From Bispira polyomma (taxonomy: Eukaryota): a stretch of DNA of 64,000 bases. This document shows positions 40,558-50,061 of the stretch, in pieces (the first letter of the stretch is position 1; every line of letters begins with the position of its first letter). The position numbers and the translations under genes are program-made. Location of the stretch: assembly GCA_965649765.1 (NCBI GenBank), contig OZ287750.1:67580001-67644000 (forward strand), written 5' to 3'. The notes below the pieces were generated by a model, which did no database searches, had not been told where the DNA came from, and saw nothing but the letters and a program-made list of their open reading frames with translations.

Positions 40558-41346
40558 ATGTACTGCATGACTACATTATACCACACTACCTCCTGTATTA
40601 CAGCTAAGTGTATAAGGTGAGCAGTCATCCTGTACTGCATTACTACATTATACCACACTACCTTCTATATTACAGCTCAGTGTATAAGGTGAGCAGTCAA
40701 CCTGTACTGTATGACTACATTATACCACACTACCTTCTATATTACAGCTCAGTGTATAAGGTGAGCAGTCATCCTGTACTGCATTACTACATTATACCAC
40801 ACTACCTTCTATATTACAGCTCAGTGTATAAGGTGAGCAGTCAACCTGTACTGCATTACTACATTATACCACACTACCTTCTATATTACAGCTCAGTGTA
40901 TAAGGTGAGCACTCATCCTGTACTGCATTACTACATTATACCACACTACCTTCTATATTACAGCTCAGTGTATAAGGTGAGCAGTCAGCCTGTACTGCAT
41001 GACTACATTATGCCACACTACCTCCTGTATTACAAATCCTCCTATAAGGTGAGCAGTCAGCCTGTACTGCATGACTACATTATACCACACTACCTACTGT
41101 ATTACAGATCTTTCTATAAGGTGAACAGCCAACCTGTACTGCATGACTACATTATACCACACTACCTTCTATATTACAGCTCAGTGTATAAGGTGAGCAG
41201 TCAGCCTGTACTATTATACCACACTACCTCCTGTATTACAGATCCTCCTATAAGGTGAGCAGTCAACCTGTACTGTATGTGTACATTATACCACACTACC
41301 TCCTGTATTACAGATCCTCCTATGAGGTGAGCAGTCAACCTGTACT
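40558..41346 (+). repeat. 72-nt tandem array spanning the exon E acceptor (~11 copies)
   Basis: Unit gtactgcatgactacattataccacactacctcctgtattacag|atcctcctataaggtgagcagtcaacct. Confidence 0.95.
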
Positions 41347-41442
41347 TTTGGCAGACCTGGGTACAGACACAGCCCCTGTCATCATTACCACAGGAAACTT
41401 TGACTACCTCAACCCATTCCAGCAAAAACGACCTCGTCACAG
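41314..41442 (+). CDS. TRABD2: TIKI exon E (variable linker)
   Basis: Acceptor cctcctgtattacag| (last copy of the 72-nt array); SSYEVSSQPVLLADLGTDTAPVIITTGNFDYLNPFQQKRPRH; strong donor cag|gtaaga; 129 nt, phase 2/2, in frame with D and F. The acceptor could instead be 41242. Confidence 0.75.
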
Positions 41443-41589
41443 GTAAGACTAAGGTGTTATAGCTCAGCTAAACCACCCCTCAATTGAACCCTTTTACTTC
41501 TAATGGCGCAGTATTCCCCTGTACTGAAGGAAGTTATTGTGTAACAGTAAGAGTCATTAAATAAAAAGATTCTAGATATTTCCAAATAG

Positions 41590-42199
41590 CCTAATGCTTA
41601 ACGAATCATGGTGAATAGGAAAATCGCCGGACTTGATTATTCTTCATTCCTCAATGCTCGCCAATCCTCGATATTAGGCTGCGATTATTTTGGAATTTTG
41701 AAACTGTCGCCATCATTCGCCGTCTTTTTTTCCCAACTATAATTTCGCCATGGTTGGTAGCACCTCCTTTGTAGTGGTAGCTTCCTTGTAGCCTCACTGT
41801 ACAGATATTTGCCTATATGTCGCCATGCCTCGTCTATCTTATCCATGTTCTTTGTTCACACATTCACAAATTTTGATGGCGAATGTCGGCAAACCTAAAA
41901 TTTGTCTGGTTGGTAGCACATTCTTCCTAGTTGGTAGCCAATTCTACTTAGTTGGTAGCCATTTCCTTGTGATGCTTCACCATTCTTCCCTATTCCCTTT
42001 CTCCATCCATTGAAGCCTATTATTCGACCCTTGTGGTGGAGTCAGGTCTATCATCGTAATTTACGCCAATATAAAAAAAACAAAAATAGACCCCGCCCCT
42101 TTTCACGGAGAATGATGAATAATCAAAGTTGTCTCTCATTCTCCAACATTCTCCATCATACTCGTAGCACCCTCTCCACTGTGTGACACAAGCATTAGG
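41590..42199. mobile_element. Probable non-autonomous TIR element
   Basis: cctaatgctt ... aagcattagg; CpG-rich interior with repeated tcgcc and ttggtagc motifs. Confidence 0.5.
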
Positions 42200-42474
42200 T
42201 TTATTTTTAATCTTAAATTACTGAAGGAAAATGAAGCAATGTGATTGGGGTGTCAACTGTTAGCTGACAGAAATCGTTATGAAAGCTTACTCTAATTAAT
42301 GAAAAAATCTTCGAAACCACTGTTAATATTGCTTTGTTTTACACATTGTTACAAGAACCAGAGGTGAAGAACATATTGCTGATAATAACCTGAAGTCTTT
42401 AATATTTGGTATATAATATTATGTTATTTTAATCTGTAGCCTTTATAATTTTCTTTGGTTTTCTATTCCAATAG

Positions 42475-42597
42475 ACACAGAAATAATAGGCGGCGGAATC
42501 GAAAGCGTGAACGTACTCGAAAAGAACAAACAACAAAGTACAGTGGACTGAAACGTCCTCGTTTTAATGATCTCTGGGTGAGACTGTACCCTACCAG
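42475..42597 (+). CDS. TRABD2: TIKI exon F (polybasic stretch + FNDLWVR motif)
   Basis: Acceptor ttttctattccaatag|; RHRNNRRRNRKRERTRKEQTTKYSGLKRPRFNDLWVRLYPT; FNDLWVR is recognisable from vertebrate TIKI C-terminal regions; donor cag|gttagt; 123 nt, phase 2/2. Confidence 0.9.
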
Positions 42598-43300
42598 GTT
42601 AGTGCTATAAACTAAAGACTGTACTCTACCAGGTTAGTGCTATAAACTAAAGACTTTACCCTATCAGGTTAGTGCTATAAACTAAAGACTGTACCCTACC
42701 AGGTTAGTGCTATAAAGTAAAGACTGTACTCTCCCAGGTTAGTACTACAAACTAAAGACTGTACCCCACCAGGTTAGTACTATAAACTAAAGACTGTACC
42801 CTCCCAGGTTATTGCTATAAACTAAAGACTGTACCCTACCAGGTTAGTGCTATAAACTAAAGACTGTACCCCACCAGGTTAGTGCTATAAACTAAAGACT
42901 GTACCCTATAAGGTTAGTGCTATAAACTAAAGACTGTACCCTATAAGGTTAGTTCTATAAACTAAAGACTGTACCCTCCCAGGTTATTGCTATAAACTAA
43001 AGACTGTACTCTACCAGGTTAGTGCTATAAACTAGAGACTGTACCCTATAAGGTTAGTGCTATAAACCAAAGACTGTACCCCACCAGGTTAGTACTATAA
43101 ACTAAAGACTGTACCCTCCCAGGTTATTGCTATAAACTAAAGAATGTACCCTACCAGGTTAGTACTATAAAACTAAAGACTGTACCCTACCAGGTTAGTG
43201 CTATAAACTAAAGCCTGTACCCCACCAGGTTAGTGCTATAAACTAAATACTGTACCCCACCAGGTTAGTGCTATAAACTAAAGACTGTACCCTACCAGGT
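42581..43300 (+). repeat. 35-nt tandem array spanning the exon F donor (21 copies of the exonic part)
   Basis: Unit agactgtaccctaccag|gttagtgctataaactaa; last copy starts at 43282 and continues cag|gtaagc. Confidence 0.97.
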
Positions 43301-43803
43301 AAGCTTTCAGCTATGTTATAAGACTCACTTCAAACATAATTATAGCCAGCTTTTGCCTATGCCACAGCCATGGGCAAAGATAACACCATAAACATATCAA
43401 TTATGACCATGGCAGTGATGTTGGCTGTGATGTGTCACAGTAGCACAAGATTGCAATTATTATCAAGAAAGATGCTTACACATGTTTTTATAAATAAGAA
43501 GTTTAACATGAGGAAATAACGTCTAATTAATCATTTCTAGAGCCGTACCTTTCTATCAGTACCAAAACATGACGGCCAGCGACACCTGCAACCCCTTAAA
43601 TACTCTTGCCTTTTAATATTAAAGATAATATGTGCAAAAGCTTAAGGAATGGTGTTTCTGTGTACTATTATTCCAAATAAAACTACCTCAGTATCAGTAG
43701 ATGATCTATGTATTACAACTATTGCTTACTAGAGCTGACCACACTGACCTATGTATCACTCTATCTGACCACACTGCTATATTTGTTTTTTTGTGTGTTG
43801 TAG

Positions 43804-43990
43804 CTCTTCTACTCCATTCCTGTATCAGCATGATAAACCTGTAGCCTGGACAACCACGTCACCACGGTTACCAGAGGCTGGAGATGACAATGGCGAGTAC
43901 CTGCTCTACAGCTCCATCTCCACCCCTACATCTTGTTATAGGCCAGTTGTGATAGCTTGGGCTGTAGTGTTATGTGTGGTCAACCTATAG
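43804..43990 (+). CDS. TRABD2: TIKI terminal exon G (hydrophobic C-terminus, GPI-signal/membrane-anchor-like)
   Basis: Acceptor tttttttgtgtgttgtag|; phase 2; SSSTPFLYQHDKPVAWTTTSPRLPEAGDDNGEYLLYSSISTPTSCYRPVVIAWAVVLCVVNL*; ends in a hydrophobic run with no cytosolic tail. Confidence 0.85.
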
Positions 43991-44164
43991 ACATGAGTCA
44001 GGTACTACACCTCAAATAGCAGCATACACACCCAGCTGAACAACTCTAATACTCCTGTATCCATGAGCGCACCTTGTCAGCTGTCTGGACTTGCCTAAGT
44101 CTTTAAAGTGATGGTGTGCATTGTGATTTGCTTCCTTGCTTGTCTGGACATTCAAACTCTTTCC

Positions 44165-44430
44165 ATTTAGCCGATTGCCAAGGGACGACACTCTTGTTTG
44201 TTATATGGACTATGGGGTATTGTTCTCCCCCAGGAAGCCAAGGAGGTTCAGATTTGGTACAAATATTCATTAGGGGGTATAGGTGTGCAACGTTGTGTGA
44301 TCTCATTTTGACGTTTGACCTTTAAGCAATGACTTAGACCTAAAAATATTGTCTGTCTATTTCTCAGAAAATGTGACATAGAGCAAGTTCATACTTGACC
44401 TAAATGTAGTATGTATACAGGTATTCACGT
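44165..44430 (+). mobile_element. Degenerate Helentron-type fragment just after the TIKI stop (similar fragment at ~21340-21700)
   Basis: atttggtaca...tttgacctt...gacctaaaaat...tatttctcaga motifs are shared with the 21340-21700 region. Confidence 0.45.
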
Positions 44431-44564
44431 TCATCACAGCCTCTTTAGTCACCAACACATTCATCACCATTTACTTCTTTGGGTAATACAAAAATTAAAA
44501 TAGTGACAAAATTGACCACTGCAAGATTTTTTTGAAAATGGTGGTGACGATATTGATGGTGCCG

Positions 44565-44852
44565 TTCTCCCAGAACTGTGCATTTTTAAGTGCAGTGTAT
44601 AAAAGATGTGTATGAACTGAGAAGCAGAAGTAAGATTGTATCTCTCACAATAGTGTAATCCCTGTGGTTAACCCAACTGAATGCATTGATTATTTGGAAT
44701 TAATGTTTCTCCCAGAACTGTGCATTTTTAAGTGCAGTGTATAAAAGATGTGTATGAACTGAGAAGCAGAAGTAAGATTGTATCTCTCACAATAGTGTAA
44801 TCCCTGTGGTTAACCAGACTGAATGCATTGATTATTTGGAATTAATGTTTCT
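44565..44852. repeat. Near-perfect 142-bp tandem duplication
   Basis: ttctcccagaactgtgc... at 44565 and 44707; the copies differ at aacccaact vs aaccagact. Confidence 0.95.
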
Positions 44853-45134
44853 GTAATTTCTTGGTAATTTTAATGATATATATTTCTGTTCAGCTGTACA
44901 TGTATTTATAGATGAAGGTGACATTAACATCTGATGACAATCAGTTCTAAAATACTAATAAGGTGTTGTTGGCTAATTCTTCATGTTTCTGTACTATCTG
45001 CATCCTACTAGAAGGTTGAATGTAAATGACAAGAACACTCCATAATCTCTGGAGCATCAGATCACTGATAATTTACGTCTCATGACTGTGTACATAGCGT
45101 TTGATGATCATCAGTGTTGTCAAGTTATACAACC

Positions 45135-46408
45135 ACAACCAGCACTATAATGCTAGTGTTACATTTGTCTGAATACAACCAGCGCTATAATGCTAGTATT
45201 ACATCTGTTTGAATACAACCAGCGCTATAATGCTAGTATTACATCTGTTTGAATACAACCAGCGCTATAATGCTAGTATTACATCTGTTTGAATACAACC
45301 AGCGCTATAATGCTAGTATTACATTTGTCTGAAAACAACCAGCACTATAATGCTAGTATTACATCTGTCTGAATACAACCAGAGCTATAATGCTAGTATT
45401 ACATTACATCTGTTTGAATACAACCAGCGCTATAATGCTAGTATTACATCTGTTTGAATACAATCAGCGCTATAATGCTAGTATTACATCTGTTTGAATA
45501 CAACCAGCGCTATAATGCTAGTATTACATCTGTCTGAATACAACCAGCGCTATAATGCTAGTATTACATCTGTTTGAATACAACCAGCGCTATAATGCTA
45601 GTATTACATTTGTCTGAAAACAACCAGCGCTATAATGCTAGTATTACATCTGTCTGAATACAACCAGCGCTATAATGCTAGTATTACATCTGTTTGAATA
45701 CAACCAGCGCTATAATGCTAGTATTACATTTGTCTGAAAACAACCAGCGCTATAATGCTAGTATTACATCTGTCTGAATACAACCAGCGCTATAATGCTA
45801 GTATTACATCTGTCTGAATACAACCAGCGCTATAATGCTAGTATTACATCTGTTTGAATACAATCAGCGCTATAATGCTAGTATTACATTTGTCTGAAAA
45901 CAACCAGAGCTATAATGCTAGTATTACATCTGTCTGAATACAACCAGCGCTATAATGCTAGTATTACATCTGTTTAAATACAATCAGCGCTATAATGCTA
46001 GTATTACATCTGTTTGAATACAACCAGCGCTATAATGCTAGTATTACATCTGTCTGAATACAACCAGCGCTATAATGCTAGTATTACATCTGTTTGAATA
46101 CAACCAGCGCTATAATGCTAGTATTACATCTGTTTGAATACAACCAGCGCTATAATGCTAGTATTACATTTGTCTGAAAACAACCAGCGCTATAATGCTA
46201 GTATTACATCTGTCTGAATACAACCAGAGCTATAATGCTAGTATTACATTACATCTGTTTGAATACAACCAGCGCTATAATGCTAGTATTACATCTGTTT
46301 GAATACAATCAGCGCTATAATGCTAGTATTACATCTGTTTGAATACAACCAGCGCTATAATGCTAGTATTACATCTGTTTGAATACAGCCAGCGCTATAA
46401 TGCTAGTT
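45135..46408. repeat. 40-nt minisatellite, ~31 copies
   Basis: Unit tacaaccagcgctataatgctagtattacatctgtttgaa. Confidence 0.97.
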
Positions 46409-46567
46409 TTACTAAGTCTACACGAATGGGAACTAAAATGACTAAAGAACACAAAATGGGAACTAAAATGACTAAAGAACAATCCTCATGAAAGTCTTTA
46501 TTACATGAGTGCATTATGAATATGCTGCTGTTATAAATAGCTGTCATATTGTTGTGAGATAGTCTGC

Positions 46568-46820
46568 TGTCACAGTGTGCTCATATGTAGGAGTTCTATA
46601 GAAGGAATTGAAGCAAGTCGCCATGTCACAGTGTGCTCATATATAGGAGTTCTATAGAAGGACTCATATATAGGAGTTCTATAGAGTCTTGAACCAAGTC
46701 TCCATGTCACAGTGTGCTCATATATAGGAGTTCTATAGAGTCTTGAACCAAGTCTCCATGTCACAGTGTGCTCATATATGGGAGTTTTATAGAAGGAATT
46801 GAAGCAAGTCTCCATGTCCA
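46568..46820. repeat. ~54-nt minisatellite, ~4 copies
   Basis: tgtcacagtgtgctcatatataggagttctataga... at 46568, 46624, 46705 and 46759. Confidence 0.9.
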
Positions 46821-47340
46821 CACTGACAATACTGATTGTATTGTATTGTACATTTTTAACGCGTCTTATTGATGCTAGGGATCTTCTAAGGTGCAACATC
46901 AGAATCAATCAGCCAATAGAAAAATGAAGACATGGTTAATGATTTCTGGGCCTAAAGGCTTTACTTTCACCCATGTACACACTGTGGGTATAGTGCTTTT
47001 TACTCCAGAATTTAAATGGATAAAAATCTCCCCCAAAAAGTCTTCTCCCTCTCTATGATTTTCCATTAAAAACAAAGTGACTTTGTTAGTTGTGAATTGG
47101 TTTAATATTGACACTATGTAATGGCCTCTTTTTAGTAGACAACTTGCAAGTCTACTTAATTTGTGTACACTTTAGTAGGATTTTGATCATGTAAGAAGGT
47201 ATGCACTTTGTAAATGTAACTTTGGTCATATAATTGCTTTGCAATAGTGAAAAACAATAGTTAAACCTTGTATCAGTGGTAATCCTAATTCCTATTGCTG
47301 GTACGTATGTTGTGTAACCATTGTACTAATGGTAATCCTA

Positions 47341-49800
47341 ATTAAGCGTCCCTTGAAAAGGGCGCTTATTTGGTTTCACCCCTGATTTCCTCGCTGCCGC
47401 CGCCTGTTATTCATCTACTTTTTGATTTTATGTATCAGGTAAAAATTTCACAGTTCTAAGTCCAGTACTCAATGAGTACTGAGTAATTCAAATGAGTATT
47501 TTGCTCTATTTTGATCTATCTTGCACTTTTATCAACTTTTCTTTTGAAGTACTTGTCATAGTTCAATGAAATTTGGCGTGCACATTGCAAATACCAAAGC
47601 ATAGATGTCTGTAAATTTTGAGATCAATCTGGTGATAATTAACTTATTGACAGGGTCGATCAATCATACAAAATGGGAAAAAAGTGTTGATAGGTGCCTT
47701 TTTGAGCGTGTGAGGATTTTTTTTATTTTTAATCTTAGACCAGTATATGCAGCGCGTAACTTTTAAAGAGTAGCCTGAATTTTTATTTATTTTTGACCCC
47801 ATCCAAAAATATGCGATCGTTACTGAAATTAAACGATTTAAATTTCAAAAATTTTGAAAATTCAATTTTTTATTTAAACGTCCGTTATCTCGGAAACGGT
47901 GCCAGATAGAGCGATTTTGAGCTCATTTTCAACCCACAGGGTTAATTTTGCTCATATGTAAACTTTCAAAAAATTTTCAATTTTGGCGGCCATCTTGAAT
48001 TTCTGCGTCTTTTTTGAAAATGTCTGTTATCACGGAAACAGTGCTAGATTGAGCAATTTCAAGCTCATTTTTGACCCACAGGGTTAATTTTGCTTATATA
48101 TAAATTTTCAAAAGTTTTCTATTTTGGTGGCCATCTTGAATTTCTGTGTCTTTTTTGAAAATGTCTGTTATCGCGGAAACGGTGCTAGATAGAGCAATTT
48201 CAAGCTCATTTTCGACCCACAGGGTTAATTTTGCTTATATGTAAACTTTCAAAAAAAATTTAATTTTGGCGGCCATCTTGAATTTCTGCATCTTTTTCGA
48301 AAATGTCCTTTATCTCACAAACAGTGCTAGATAGAGCGATTTTGAAATCATTTTCGATTCACAGGGTTGATTTTGCTCATATGTAAATTTTTAAAAAATT
48401 GTTTGATTTTGGCGGCCATTTTGAATTTCTGCGACTTTTACGAAAATGTCCTTTATCTTGGAAACGGTGCTAGATTGAGCGATTTCAAGCTCATTTTCGA
48501 CCCACAGGGTTGATTTTGCTTATATGTAAACTTTTGAAAAAATGTTTGATTTTGGCGGCCGGCTTGAATTTCTGCGACTTTAACGAAAATGTCCTTTATC
48601 TCGGAAACGGTGCTAGATAGAGCAATTTCAAGCTCATTTTCGACCCACAGGGTTGATTTTGCTTATATGTAAACTTTGAAAAAATGTTTGATTTTGGCAG
48701 CTATCTTGAATTTCTGCATATTTTTCGAAAATGTCCTTTATCTCACAAACAGTGCTAGATAGAGCGATTTTGAAATCATTTTCGATTCACAGGAGTGATT
48801 TTGCCTATGTGTAAACTTTTGAAGTAATTTTCGATTTGAGCAACCATCTTTAATTTCTGCGTCTTTTTAGAAAACATCTGTTATCTCGGAAATGGTGCTG
48901 CAAAGAGTGATTTCGAGCTTATATTTGACCAATAGTGCTAATTCTGCTTATATGTCAACTTTTAAACAATATCAAACCTTGTACACTAAACAATTTCATT
49001 ATTATTTCAACTTTAGGGACGCTTCATTTTTGTTATCAAAAACCGTTTCCTAGTTCCTATTGCTGGGACATATGTTGTGTAAACCTAACAGTTCTAAGTC
49101 CAATACTCAATGAGTTCCGAGTACTTCAAATGAGTATTTTGCTCTATTTTGCTCTATCTTGCACTTTTCAAATAATATCGATTTTAGGGGCCATCTTCAA
49201 TTTCTGCGTCTTTTTTGAAAATGTTCATTATTTCGGAAATGGTGCTAGATAGAGTGATTTTGAGCTTATTTTCGACTTGTAGGGTAATTTCTGCTTGTCT
49301 GTAAACTTTTCAAGAAATTTTAAATTTTGGCGGCCATCTTAAATTTCTGCGTCTTTTTTGAAAACATTCGTTATCTTGGAAACGGTCCTAAATAGAGCCA
49401 GGGTTTATTCTGCTTGTATGTAAACTTTAAAAAAAAAAATTGACTTTAGAGGCCATCTTAAATTTCTGCATGTTTTTCAAAAAAGGCATAAACGGTGCTA
49501 AATAGAGTGATTTTGAGCTTATTTTTGACCCAAAGGGTTAGTTTTGTTGATATGTAAACTTTTCAAAAATTTTTTCAATTTTGGTGGCCATCTTAAATTT
49601 CTGGCTCTTTTTCGAATATGTTTGATATCTCGGAAAGAGTGCTAGATAGAGCAATTTCGAGCTCATTTTGGACCCATAAGGCTGATTCTGCTTATGTGTA
49701 AACTTTTCAAACAATTTGAAACCTTGTACACTAAACAACTTCATTATTATTTCAACTTCAGGGACACTTTGTTTTTGTTATCAAAAAACGTTTTCTAGTT
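47341..49800 (+). mobile_element. Helentron-type non-autonomous element carrying a ~142-bp satellite array, with a duplicated 3' end
   Basis: 5' ttaagcgtcccttgaaaagggcgctt hairpin; ~12 units with ggcggccatcttgaattt and tatctcggaaacggtgctagatagag (period 141-142); 3' gggacgctt + stem-loop + ctagtt at ~49016-49055 and again at ~49761-49800. Confidence 0.85.
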
Positions 49801-50055
49801 CCTATTGCTGATACATATGTGGTGTTACTCTGACTAAGAGATTATGTTACTTGTTTTTAAAGAACACACTGACCACAAACTTTATGTATTGTTTGCAGTA
49901 CCAGGTTCAGAATGTATTCTGTATCTAGGTTTAATATAATATTATAGATCATAGAATTATTAAAATAGTAATCTACCTCAGTTCATGTGAGTAATTTAAA
50001 TGTTACTTCATGTAAAGTACCAATATATTGTGAGCACTGTGTGATTGTAAAAAGC

Positions 50056-50061
50056 AATAAA
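50056..50061 (+). promoter_or_regulatory. Candidate TIKI polyadenylation signal
   Basis: AATAAA followed by a GT/T-rich tract (ggttgt...tgttttttattgt). Unverified; earlier ATTAAA sites exist. Confidence 0.3.

Noticed and set aside
40608-41258. 216-aa Tyr-rich ORF as a separate gene
   Set aside because: It is the 72-nt acceptor array, has no true ATG context and is out of frame with exon E.
42581-46408. CRISPR-like appearance of the 35- and 40-nt arrays
   Set aside because: Head-to-tail repeats with no unique spacers, no cas genes, and a eukaryotic context.
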